Below, in pieces: positions 38,750 to 50,753 of a DNA stretch of 64,000 nt. The stretch's first letter is position 1; each line of letters opens with the position of its first letter. Source of the DNA: Octopus sinensis (lineage: Eukaryota); the NCBI RefSeq assembly GCF_006345805.1, contig NC_043000.1:93062001-93126000 (forward strand). The letters are read 5' to 3'. Below the pieces are notes generated by a model, which worked only from the letters and a program-made list of their open reading frames with translations, searched no databases and was not told where the DNA came from. Position numbers and translations under genes: made by a program.

Positions 38750-38930
38750 TTGAGGGTATTAGAGGTAATGGTGTCAAGAAGACCCAAAGGAGACAGGTGA
38801 TGCTGAGTAAGTTCTATGGACAGACTATAGTTAAGCTTCACATTTGATGATTATACGAATGAGGAGTCCAACATAGGTTGTGTATTAGCATGCATATAAA
38901 TAAAAAATTTACAGAATGAGATGCTATGTG
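38750..38930. mobile_element. Copy of the repeat at 44040 (Penelope-like), truncated before the ribozyme motif
   Basis: gaggtaatggtgtcaagaagaccca..cagactatagttaagct shared with 44050-44210. Confidence 0.6.
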
Positions 38931-39032
38931 TTTATTTATTTTGGTAGTTTTGACTTTAAGAGTCCCTCCTAGCATGTGGCATTTATGTATAGCAATGCCC
39001 TCTATATAATATGTATATATATATATATATAT

Positions 39033-39034
<2 letters not shown>

Positions 39035-39069
<35 letters not shown>

Positions 39070-39356
39070 CATCATCATCATCGTTTAGTGTCCGCTTTCC
39101 ATGCTGGCATGGGTTGCATGGTGCGACTGGGGTCTGGGAAGCCAGAAGGCTGCAACAGGCCCAGTCCAATCTGGCAATGTTTCTACGGCTGGATGCCCTT
39201 CCTAACGCCAACCACTCCATAAGTGTAATGGGTGCTTTTTACGTACCACCGGCACAGGTGCCAGACGAGGCTGGCAAACGGCCACGGTCGGATGGTGCTT
39301 TTTACGTGCCACCGGCACGGAGGCCAGGCAAGGCTGGCAGACAGCCATGATCGGAT
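39035..39356 (-). mobile_element. RTE 3' UTR-only copy
   Basis: (CAT)n tail next to (TA)n; TA-rich sequence at the 5' junction. Confidence 0.85.
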
Positions 39357-39380
39357 ATTTATGTATATATTTATGTATAT

Positions 39381-40416
39381 CATCATCATCATTTAATGTC
39401 CATTCTCCATGCTAGCATGGGTTGGACGGTTCGACCGTGAACTGGGAAGCCAGAAGGGTGCACCAAGCTCCAGTCTGATCTGGCAGTGTTTCTACAGCTG
39501 GATGCCCTTCCTAACGCCAACCACTCTGTGAGTGTAGTTGGTGCTTTTTACATGCCAGGCGAGGCTGGCAACAGCCATGATTGGATTGGTGCTTTTTAAG
39601 TGCCATCGGCACAGAAGCCAGTCAAGGCGGCACTGGCATCGACCACGTTCGAATGGTACTTTTTAAGTGCCACTGGCACAGGGATCACAACTATAATTTC
39701 CATTGATTTTTGATGTTTGTGTACTTGACTCAATAGGTCTCCTCAAGCACAGGGTCGAAACAGTGTTTCTTTACTTGCCACCTGCACAGGAGACAGTCCA
39801 GCGACACTGGCAACTGCCAGGTGCCAGTCATAGGATTGGTTCAATTTTGATTCTGATTTCACTTGCCCTAACAGGTCTTCACAAGCAGAGTTTAGTGTCC
39901 TATGAAGGGAGATTGGCATGGGTGCCAGTCGTCGGATGAGGTTCGATTTCAAATTCAATTTCGACTTCACTTGCCTCAACAGATCTTCACGTGTCCAGGG
40001 AAGGAAAGGCATGCTTAAATAGGCTGGCTACATCCCTGGCAAGGGACACGGGATGGACTCACTTGTCCTGCCAGGTCTTCTCACACACAGCATATTTCCA
40101 AAGATCTCGGTCACTAGTCATTGCCTGGGTGAGGCCTAATGTTCGAAGGTCGTGCTTCACCATCTTGTCCCAGCTTTTCCTGGGTCTACCTCTTCCATGG
40201 GTTCCCTCAACCGCTAGGCATTGGCACTTTTTCACACACCTACCTTCATCCATTCTCATGACATGACCATACCAGCGCAATCATCTCCCTTGCACACCAC
40301 AGCTGATGCTTCTTAGATCCAACTTTTCTTTCAAGGTACTTACACTCTGTCGAGTAAGTACACTGACATTACACATCCATCGGAGAGCATACTGGCTTCA
40401 TTCCTCGTGAGCTTAC
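39381..40416 (-). mobile_element. 5'-truncated RTE LINE (ORF C-terminus plus 3' UTR)
   Basis: ORF 40059-40280 RWYGHVMRMDEGRCVKKC..RGRPRKSW; (TA)n at 5' junction. Confidence 0.9.
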
Positions 40417-40425
40417 ATATATTTA

Positions 40426-40488
<63 letters not shown>

Positions 40489-40507
40489 AATATATATATA
40501 TAATATA

Positions 40508-40573
<66 letters not shown>

Positions 40574-40598
40574 ATACACATGCATATACACATACATA

Positions 40599-41135
40599 CA
40601 GGGTGTGGTAGAAGCAATAACCTTTTATTTAGGAATTTTTATAGTACAAAATTTCTTTTATTTCGTAATATTTTATTGAACAAAAATTTTTTACAGTAAA
40701 GAAATAAAGAAAACCAATTAATGAAAATAAATTTCAGTAGTTTTAAGAAATGTATTAAGTATTGCTCTATCAAAGTAACATAATTCATTATGATAAATTT
40801 AATTAACATGTTCAAAGTGCCCCCTTTCGTTTTCAGTACCATACTGAACCCTACCAGCAACACATCTACAAACCTTCTGACACATTTCCACGTTAATTGC
40901 AGAAAATGTATCAGAAATAATTGCTTGTTTTAATTCACAAATTGTTTTTGGTTTGAAGGAGTAAACAAGATCTTTCAATACAGCCACAAGAAAAAGTCAG
41001 GTGGTGTTAGGTATCAAGATCATGATGACCGCTCAATTGCTCCACGTTGTCCAATCCACGTCACCTCAAAATTAAGATTTAACCATTCCTGAATGTTTTA
41101 CCCATAGTGAGGTGGTACACCATCTTGTTGAAAGT
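40599..41135 (-). mobile_element. Tc1/mariner-superfamily transposon, 3' fragment
   Basis: FQQDGVPPHY..WIGQRGA..TPPDFFL..LKDLVY..KPKTICELK..GHFEHV; terminus ta|cagggtg. Confidence 0.8.
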
Positions 41136-41502
41136 AGAAAAGTAAAGAAATTAAAGAGAGGCAGCACAGAATTTTGTCTGTGAACAGGTCACGGTCTCAA
41201 AGAGACGAAAATATTTTACCAAATTAAATCTAAATGTTGAAGTGAATCTAACGGTTTTTGTGTTTCTTAAACAAAAACCCATCATACATATATATACACA
41301 CACACATATACATATATATATATACACACACACACATATACACATATATATATACATATACATATATATATACATATATATATATACACATATATATATA
41401 TACACACACATATATATATACACATATATATACATATATATATATACACATATATATACATATATACACATATATATATATATACATATATATACATTAT
41501 AA

Positions 41503-41552
<50 letters not shown>

Positions 41553-41555
<3 letters not shown>

Positions 41556-41866
41556 CTCCAGGCAATAACGGAGGAATTCAAGACGGGATGCCCCTGGAGC
41601 TCCTCTATGCTGATGACCTTGCTCTAATTGCTGAGTCTCTATCAGCACTGGAGGAGAAGTTTCAGGTGTGGAGCAAGTTTAGAATCAAAGGCCTTAGAAT
41701 CAACCTAGCCAAAACCAAAGTCCTAATAAGTAGGAAGGTAATAAGTAGGAAGGTAATAAGTAGGAAGGGGCCTGATGAAGTCTTCCGGCTTCACAGACCC
41801 CAGTTGAACCGTCCAACCCATGCTAGCATGGAAAACGGACGCTAAATGATGATGATGATGATGATG

Positions 41867-41868
<2 letters not shown>
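41553..41868 (+). mobile_element. Internally deleted RTE copy: YADD segment joined to the extreme 3' end
   Basis: [34 protein letters not shown], then 3x taataagtaggaagg, then the terminal 3' UTR and (GAT)n; (TA)n on both sides. Confidence 0.88.
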
Positions 41869-41899
<31 letters not shown>

Positions 41900-41901
<2 letters not shown>

Positions 41902-42050
41902 ACATGACAGGCTTCTTTCAGTTTCTGTCAACCAAATTCACTCACAAGGATTTGGTCAGCCCAAGGCTATATAGAAGACACTTGCCCAACAGGTCACACA
42001 ATGGGACTGAACCAGGAACCATGTAGTTGGGAAGCAAAATTCTTGCCACA
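41900..42050 (-). mobile_element. SINE family B, 5' half
   Basis: ttctttcagtttctg..aaattcactcacaagg..gggactgaaccaggaaccatgt. Confidence 0.8.
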
Positions 42051-42389
42051 CTCAACATGTATACATGTTTATGTATGTGTTAGTGCCTGGTGCTGGTAGA
42101 AACATATTCACTCATAGATTAAACACATAAAAGAAGTTCTGTCTTTCCATAAACCACCAACGTTGATTTCAATATATTCTGGCATAAGGAGAACAGCAAC
42201 AAAAACACGAACAATGACAGCTGGAAGTCCAGATGATTTGTCAATTTAAAGGACTCATAATTTCTGATTTTAACACTAGCCATCTTTATATCCAGCAGCC
42301 TTGCTTGTCTATCAAAGGAAAAGTGGAGCAAAAGAATAAGAAAAACTTAATAAATATTAAAAAAAACCAGAAAAGTATTAACCATTCAC

Positions 42390-42467
42390 TCCAAGACAAT
42401 GGAGAAGTTATATCAGGATTTTCCGGGTACTTCAAATCAAATGGGACACACCCTTTGTTGTAGTCTC
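42390..42467 (-). CDS. Candidate 78-nt phase 1-1 coding exon of an unidentified host gene
   Basis: Acceptor gtatttttgtag, donor a|gtgaat; only one open frame, (G)DYNKGCVPFDLKYPENPDITSPLSW; not recognised as a repeat. No homology known to me. Confidence 0.35.
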
Positions 42468-42792
42468 CTACAAAAATACACACACAACACACACTTATAT
42501 AAAACATTTCCCTTACCCTATATATATATATATATATACATATATATATGCATACACACAATCACACATAAATATACATTAGTTTATGTGTGACTGGATA
42601 CACACCCTCACACACACATATAGATGATATATATGCATATAAACATATATATGGTATATATATAAATATATATATACTCATACAGATATATACATGTATA
42701 TATATATATATATATTTATATGTATATATATATATATATTTATATATACAAGTGTTTCTACTATATACATATATATATACATGTATATATAT

Positions 42793-42833
<41 letters not shown>

Positions 42834-42998
42834 CACATGTATACATACATTGTCATATATATATATATATAGTGAGAGAGAGACAGACAGACAGACAGAC
42901 ATATATACATATATTTGTATGCCTGTCTGTATGTGAGTGTGTATGCATGTAGTACTTATGTATATATATGTATCTCTTCCCCCCTCTCTCTCTCTCTC

Positions 42999-43070
<72 letters not shown>

Positions 43071-43429
43071 TATATATATATATTTAAACCCTCTGACACT
43101 ATCTACCCACTGACTGAATTCTGAATTCCGTTACACATGTCTAATTTCCCCTGTGTATGTTGATTGCTTGCTTGATTGTGTGTTTATCTGTATGTCTATC
43201 AATTTATGTCTGAGTGTTTGTTTGTCTAACTGTATATCTATATGCATGCAACGAAAACAAACTCCATATGTGCTCCTACATATGTATCCTCTTCCAGAGA
43301 TTTTATATTAATCACATAAAGTTTTAACTACACCATCATCATCACAACATCAACTATTAACAAGGCTCCTTTATTGGAATTTTGATAATATCAACTCAGC
43401 ACTCATTTATGTATGGTTGTAATTGTATA

Positions 43430-43648
43430 TGAGGGGGTGCCAAAGAGTTTCTGGCTTTGGGGAAAAGAAAATACAGGAGGATCAGTTAATTATGATTTTA
43501 TTCAACACATTTCCCTCTTTGATTTACACATTTACTGCAGTAATTCTTCATTTTTCCTAAGCCCTGTAAAAGAACTCGGAAGGTTGGACTTGCAGTTAGA
43601 TCTTTCATGGTACCCTTAAAGCCAGGAACTTTTTAGTACCTCCTTGAG
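43430..43648. mobile_element. TA-flanked mariner-type MITE
   Basis: tgagggggtgccaaagagtttctggcttt mirrors aaagccaggaactttttagtacctcctt. Confidence 0.65.
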
Positions 43649-43673
43649 TATACACATATATATATATATATAT

Positions 43674-44026
43674 CATCATCATCATCATCATCGTTTAGTG
43701 TCCGCTTTCCATGCTAGCATGGGTTGGACGGTTCAACTGGGGTCTGGGAAGCCAGAAGGCTGTGCCAGGCCCAGTCTGATCTGGCAATGTTTCTATGGCT
43801 GGATGCCCTTCCTAACGCCAACCAGTCCGAGAGTGTAGTGGGTGCTTTTTACATGCCAGTCGAGGCTGGCAACAGCCATGATCGGATGGTGCTTTTTACA
43901 TGCCACTGGCACAGAGGCCAGTCTGGGCGGCGCTGGCAATGGCCACGATCGGATGGCTCTCTTATGTGCCACCGGCACGGGTATCACAGCTACAAGTTCC
44001 ATTGATGTTGATTAATTTCGATTTTG
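43674..44026 (-). mobile_element. RTE 3' UTR-only copy
   Basis: (CAT)n tail; (TA)n on both sides. Confidence 0.88.
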
Positions 44027-44039
44027 ATATATATATATG

Positions 44040-44402
44040 TAGACTTTATGAGAGGTAATGGTGTCAAGAAGACCCAGATGTGTTAGGTAATGCTGAGTAA
44101 GTGCTATGAACAGACTATAGTTAAGCTCCAGGTTCGGTGATTATGCGAATAAGGAGTCAAACGTAGGTCATATATCAGCATGCGTATATATAAAAAATCT
44201 AACAGAATGTGATAAAAATCCAAGGCTGTGAAAGATTTCACTGTCTATTTCATATCTCATCTAGAATAACTATTGCTTAACCATTTTCTCACACCGTCTC
44301 TGATGAAGGGACATGTAAAATATCCCGGAAACAGCTGTAAGACCTTCTCTTTATAAATGTTCTGAAATTTTTCATGGCCTTGGATTTTTATTTCATTCTG
44401 TT
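44040..44402. mobile_element. Penelope-like pseudo-LTR fragment carrying a hammerhead motif
   Basis: TA-flanked repeat shared with 38750; contains the ribozyme motif at 44296. Confidence 0.6.
44296..44343 (+). ncRNA. Minimal type I hammerhead ribozyme motif
   Basis: gtct-CTGATGA-a-ggga(11 nt)tccc-g-GAAAC-agct-GTA-agac: stem I GTCT/AGAC, stem II GGGA/TCCC, palindromic stem III loop. An A/G apposition precedes stem II. Confidence 0.7.
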
Positions 44403-44497
44403 AATTTATATATATATATATAATCACCATGATAGATCGTTAGCCACTACACACATTTTTTTCTCTCTTTGTTTCTCTCCTTGTTTTTTCTGTGTCC

Positions 44498-44533
44498 CTT
44501 TCTGTAGAAGAGCATAGGCTTGAAACGTAGAAG
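44498..44533 (+). ncRNA. Degenerate minimal hammerhead motif in a second Penelope-like repeat
   Basis: cttt-CTGtAGA-a-gagc(atag)gctt-GAAAC-GTA-gaag; A6 and C11.1 are substituted. Confidence 0.4.
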
Positions 44534-44645
44534 ACTTTTTCAATTCCTGAGCGTTATACTAATACTGTTTGTTTTGTACACCACCTGTCTTCGTCTTTTG
44601 TTTTTTTCGTAAACTCTCCCAATATATAATATATATATATATATA

Positions 44646-45006
44646 TACAAAAATTCTATAATTATGAGTATAATTATAATTAGGGTTCAGCAAAAATTTG
44701 CTTCACCACATACCGAAATTTAGAAATAGCAGTTAAATCTACTATTTCACAGCCATAAGAAAATCTCCCAGACAGCAATACTCAACAACTCACACAGGTA
44801 AAGAGAGAAAAAAAAATTGAAGCTGGCTGAATTCATTGTTTTTTCTGTCTTTAACTGTGTGAGTTGTTGAGTATTGCTGTCTGGGAGATTTTCTTATGGT
44901 AGTGAAATAATAGTTTTAACAGCTATTTCTAAATTTTGGTATGTGGTGAAGCAAATATTTGCTGAACACTAATTATAATTATACTCATAATTATAGAATT
45001 TTTGTA
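44646..45006. mobile_element. Near-perfect 361-bp foldback element
   Basis: tacaaaaattctataattatgagtataattataattag..actcacacag mirrors ctgtgtgagt..ctaattataattatactcataattatagaatttttgta. Confidence 0.9.
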
Positions 45007-45095
45007 TAAGTTTACCGATAACGGTTCTTTTAACATACCAAACTACTTGGTATAATTATTGATTAATTCATTCATTTTACCCTTTATTATTATTG

Positions 45096-45130
<35 letters not shown>

Positions 45131-45939
45131 TAAACTAAAAAGGAAAAAGCAAAGCGTTTGGCATAGAATATACGTGTATTATCTCTCTACATAGTACTGT
45201 ATTATTCATCATAATTAAATGTTCTTTTCAAGTGACACCAAACGTTTTCCTTTCCCAACTCTACTTTAATCTATAGCTATCTGCTCAAGGAGAAACCACT
45301 TCTAGCCACCTGTGATAGGTAACCTCAACACTTTCAGTAGCAGTTCAAACCAGAGTTTTAGTGGTTATCATAACTGAGCACATACAGTACATTCCTTTTA
45401 CTTAATGCCAGTTGACAAACACTCCTTATATAACTGTGTATATATAAGTCTGCATTTATACATCTATGTTTGTATGCTTGCACTTTTGTACATATGTATG
45501 TATGTTCTTTGATATGTATTTGCGTACATATATGTAAATATATCTGTATGCCTGTACATATGTTTACATATCTATATGTATGTGTTTGTGTATGCATGGA
45601 TGTACGTATGTGCTTATGCATGTATGTATGCATGACTGCATTTATTTAAGTAAGTGTGCATGCATATGCATGTTTATATATGCACGTATGCATTTGCTGA
45701 TAAATAATACAAATAATTAACGCTCTAATGATGATGGATTATTATCATCATCGCCATGTATTAGAGAATTAGGAAATGAAAATTGCCATAATTAAAATAA
45801 CGACAGCAACAGAAATAACAATAACAAAACCAACAGCCACAAGAATAAGGAAAACCACAACAAAACCAATTTACCGAACAAGTGACAGTGTTGGTGATGT
45901 GAAGACATAATGTTTTCAATAAGAAAAAGAAAAATGATT

Positions 45940-46340
45940 GAGGAGGATGAGGGATAGGGTGAAGAGAAGGAGGAGAAGTAGGGTGGGGTAAGGAAGAGGG
46001 GTGGGTGAGGAGGAGGGTGGGTGGGTGAGGAAGGAGGTTGGGTGAGGAAGAGGAGGTTGGGTGAGAAGGTGAAGGGTGGGTGAGGAGGTGAAGGAGGGTA
46101 GGGTGAGGAGGAGGAGGGGTGGGTAGGATGAGGAGGAGAAGGGTAGGGTGAAGAGAAGGAGGAGCTGATGGTGGAGATAATGATTATAGTAGTTGTAGTG
46201 GCAGTGATGGTGATGATGGCAGCAGTGGTGGATGTGGTTTAAGTGATGGTGGTGTTAGGGATGATGATGGTGGTCATTGTGTTGTTAGGGGTGGTAGTGG
46301 TGATCGTGGTGGTGATAATAGTTATTACAGCAATGAGGAT
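45940..46340. repeat. Purine/G-rich low-complexity tract (GAG/GGT/GAT)
   Basis: Direct reading. Confidence 0.85.
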
Positions 46341-46394
46341 GACAAACAACAACTTCATTGACCACAGCAACATTAGCAACAACAAAACAAATAA

Positions 46395-46950
46395 GCCTCC
46401 AAATGGTCAATTTGTAGTTGATGATTTTGCATACCTCGGTTCTGAGACAGCCTCAACTGAAAAGGATGTAAAAATTCAGATAGCCCAAGCATAGTCACCC
46501 CAAAACAAACTGAAGGTTGTCTGGGAATCAGCCCTGTCAGACAACCTTAAGAGGAATTTTTTCCTGCAAAGGTAAAGTCAGTCCTTCAATTTTATGGAGC
46601 AACAGTTTGGATGCTTACCAAAAAAGTGGAATCCAAGATTGGTGAAGCCGACATCCAAATGTAAAGAGCAGTCTTAAACATATCTCATCCCACTAAGAAA
46701 CAGCTGAATGGACATCTCCTGCCTGTTTCCACCATAATAAGAGAATGGTGCTTATGTTTTGCCGGACATTGCTGGTAGGATATACAAGAGTTGGCAAGTG
46801 ACCTACTACTACGGATGGCAAAATCATGGCCACACACAAACAGGTTATCCAAACACAACGTTTATAGATCAACTCCTAACAGACACCCAATGCCACCCTG
46901 AAGACCTCCCTCAATTAATACAGGACAAATATGGATGGCCTATGTAGGTC
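46395..46950 (+). mobile_element. Decayed RTE/RTE-X-like LINE fragment from a different family
   Basis: VVDDFAYLGS..DVKIQIAQA..KVVWES..YGATVWMLTKK..CFAGHCW. Confidence 0.75.
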
Positions 46951-46995
46951 AAAAATGTACTTATAGTGAGTTTTATCAAGTTTAAGCTGGAACAG

Positions 46996-47028
<33 letters not shown>

Positions 47029-47134
47029 AGTCTAGCACACATCTAAAACCTCTTTCAGTGCAAATTACACAGTTGATGACATTCTGTACCCATATATGCA
47101 TACATATATATATACACATATATATACATATATA

Positions 47135-47180
<46 letters not shown>

Positions 47181-47279
47181 TATATATATTATATAAATAT
47201 ATATATATATATATACACACATATATATATTATATATAAATATATATATATACACACATATATATATTATATATAAATA

Positions 47280-47688
47280 GGCGCAGGAGTGGCTGTGTGG
47301 TAAGTAGATTGTTTACCAACCACATGGTTCCGGGTTCAGTCCCACTGCATGGCACCTTGGGCAAGTGTCTTCTACTATAGCTTCAGGCCGACCAAAGCCT
47401 TGTGAGTGGATTTGGTAGACAGAAACTGAAAGAAGCCCATCGTATATATGTATATATATATATGTATGTGTATATGTTTGTGTGTCTGTGTTTGTCCCCC
47501 TAGCATTGCTTGACAACCGATGCTGGTATGTTTATGTCCCCGTCACTTAGTGGTTCAGCAAAAAGAGACCGATAGAATAAGTACTGGGCTTACAAAGAAT
47601 AAGTCCAGGGGTCGAGTTGCTCAATTAAAGTTGGTGCTCCAGCATGGCCGCAGTCAAATAACTGAAACAAGTAAAAGAGTAAAGAGTA
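47280..47688 (+). mobile_element. Intact SINE family B, in (TA)n
   Basis: A box TGGCTGTGTGG, B box GGTTCAGTCCC, internal TA/TG tract, 3' aaaagagtaaagag. Confidence 0.92.
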
Positions 47689-47697
47689 TATATATGT

Positions 47698-48520
47698 ACT
47701 AGCAGTATTGCCCGGCTTGTGCGCTCGTGCATTCTATGCATGCGCGAATTAAGCTAAACTTGGATGAAGTTCAATCAAAATTCAATTATTTTGGTTTTAA
47801 AATCAAGCATTTAATGCCCTCTATTTTTGCACTTATGTGTTCCATTTCCTCAATAGGAAGTACGTAGAAGCATTTCATAAATTTTTGTTGATCAAATAAT
47901 TGCATTGTTGAATTATTCTTTTAGATCAGTATTTCTCAATGGGGATTTCAGGGGAGAGTTTCAGGGAGTCGCTGGCGATGTATCGTGATGATCAAAAATC
48001 CGGCCTGCTAAAATTTGGTTAAAGTGATTCAAACTGCAGACTCAACGCAAAATGGTAATATTTAATTCAAAGTGTTAAAAATGTTATGGAAACAATTGGT
48101 ATATGTTCACAAAGTCCAAACGATTAATACGAAAAAGCCCTCCAGGCTACATCCCGAAAATTCATTTCTTTGCCGAATTTCTACAATGTTTACGGCAATT
48201 CGTTTTTATATCTTGATTTTTTATTTTTCATGCAATTTACACATGCTTGCATGCATGGTGAACACAGTTCACGTCAAACAGCTGACTGAGTAAAGTTCAC
48301 TATTCAATGCATGGGATAAGGCCTAAACAAATACATTATCGATTTTTGCACTTGCGAGATGAATTTCGGAACAGAAATAGGGCAGTTCAATTTTCATTCG
48401 CCTAAACTTTAAATGATCCATTTTTGGTGGTTCTACGATTTGTTGGCTAGGAGGTGTGCCGGGAAGTTAAATACAAAGACACACACACAGATACACAAGT
48501 TGAGTTTTATATATATAGAT
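47698..48520 (+). mobile_element. Helitron/Helentron-like non-autonomous element (Lep1/DINE-1-like termini)
   Basis: Starts actagcagtattgcccggc; ends (AC)n..gagttttatatatatagat. Confidence 0.5.
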
Positions 48521-49799
48521 GTATTAGTATTACCATCAGCAGCAGTAACCCCATCATCACCCCAATATTAGCATCCTTATTGGATATGTAGAAGATATTT
48601 TGAAAATACCTCACATAGTGATGACTATGATTATGGGCTGCCCTTGAATACAGCAAAGTCCTAGGATTGCAGCATGGTGGATTGTTAAGAGGTAACAGTA
48701 AAGCTCAACTGAGCCAATGGTGCTTTTTACATTGATGCTGAGCAGAGGAATTCTGGAAGACCAATAGTCAGGACCAACAACCCCTATCAGGAGAGTAACT
48801 GCAGTGCATCCATAGGAGCAGCGTTCATGGTTGTGTAATCAGCTAATGAAAGAGTCACTATGATTCCAACTCCCAATTCAAATCCTTAATAATGGAATTG
48901 GATGGCAACAGAGAATCATGGGAATCCATGAATGTAGCAATAAAGCTAAAGAGCATCATTATTACCATCATCACTACTGCCACGAAGAACAAAATCAACA
49001 GAAAGTGACAATGGAGTATGTGTGGTCACTTAGCCAGCTAGAAGTAGCAGCCAAATCTTTCTCTAATCATCATCCAGCAGTTTTAGGAAAAAAACACATA
49101 AAATAGACGTGGTGATCATGGCTGGATTACCTATGATCAGAATGTCTGTCTGAAGAGGGCTGACTTGGGACTAAATGACATCAGTGTAATAAACAGCTAA
49201 ATAAATAAATACATAAATAAATAAGTAAATAGGGCAATAAGAATGCCTCTATACCTCTACGTCATGCTAGAAATGGTAGCTAAATCTTCCTCACATTACT
49301 AACTTGAAAGTAAAAGGTCATTAGGAGATATTGTATAGACATCTTTATCATAGGGCTAATCCCTCAAAGCCGACCAGGGAATAGACAACTACAACAGCAA
49401 CTACTAATACTACTACAAGGACAGGACAAAAATAAAAAGCAACAGCTAAGCAATATGGATTATGATAAAGCAAAATAAGAGAGAAGTAGGGTCCTACAAT
49501 GCTAAAATGAGTAAAAGGAGGATAAAAAGAAAATGCAAGGTATTTTTTTTATATATGTGTTTTTAATTTACTTCTTTATTTCATATATCTATGTGAAGTG
49601 GGTACTTAGAAAGGAGACCTCCCACAATTTTTCGAACAGATACCCAGATAGCCCTTTTAATCTCCACCCCTTTTATCAGCTCTATGAAAAAAATTTGGCA
49701 GGCTTAACATGGTAGAAACAGCTGTTATCATTTTCAACATTTTTTGCACCCTGCTCTCATTTGGCTGCATGTATATGCTTATTTGCATCTATCTATCTT

Positions 49800-49858
<59 letters not shown>

Positions 49859-50007
49859 GTCTGTCTGTTTTTTATCCATCTCTCTATCTTTATCTGTCTA
49901 TCTATCTTTCTATCTATCTATCTATCTTATCTATCTATCTATCTATCTAATATAAATAATATATATTATAGGTAGATAAAATGTGTATGTATATATATAT
50001 ATATATA

Positions 50008-50689
50008 GGTGTAGGCATGGCTGTGTGGCAAGAAGCTTGTTTCTCAACCACATGGTACTGGGTTCAGTCTCACTGCGTGGCCCCTTGGGTGAGTATCTTC
50101 TACTAAAGCCTCGGGCCAACCAAAGCCTTGTGAGTGGATTTGGTTGATGGAAACTGAAAGAAGTATGTATATATTTGTGTTTGTCCCCTGTAACTTAGCA
50201 GTTCGGCAAAAGAGACCAATAGAGTAAGTACTAGGCTTACAAAGAATAAGTCCTAGAGTTGATTTTTTCGACTAAAGGCGCTGCTCCAGCATGGCCACAG
50301 TCAAATGACTAAAACAAGTCAAAGAATAAAAGAATGTATATATATATATTATATATATATATAGGTGTAGGCATGGCTGTGTGGCAAGAAGCTTGTTTCT
50401 CAACCACATGGTACTGGGTTCAGTCTCACTGCGTGGCCCCTTGGGTGAGTATCTTCTACTAAAGCCTCGGGCCAACCAAAGCCTTGTGAGTGGATTTGGT
50501 TGATGGAAACTGAAAGAAGTATGTATATATTTGTGTTTGTCCCCTGTAACTTAGCAGTTCGGCAAAAGAGACCAATAGAGTAAGTACTAGGCTTACAAAG
50601 AATAAGTCCTAGAGTTGATTTTTTCGACTAAAGGCGCTGCTCCAGCATGGCCACAGTCAAATGACTAAAACAAGTCAAAGAATAAAAGA

Positions 50690-50691
<2 letters not shown>
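50008..50691 (+). mobile_element. Two essentially identical tandem SINE B copies, period 356 bp
   Basis: Starts at 50008 and 50364; both share the same private substitutions and internal deletion. Confidence 0.92.
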
Positions 50692-50725
<34 letters not shown>

Positions 50726-50753
50726 GCATGTGTATGTTTGTGTATATATATAT

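Noticed and set aside
41170-41230. Hammerhead-like gtctc/gagac-GAAAATATTTTA
   Set aside because: The core lacks A6 and nine extra bases precede the stem; too degenerate to call.
47280-47350. tRNA genes
   Set aside because: A and B boxes belong to SINE heads; no cloverleaf was found here or elsewhere.
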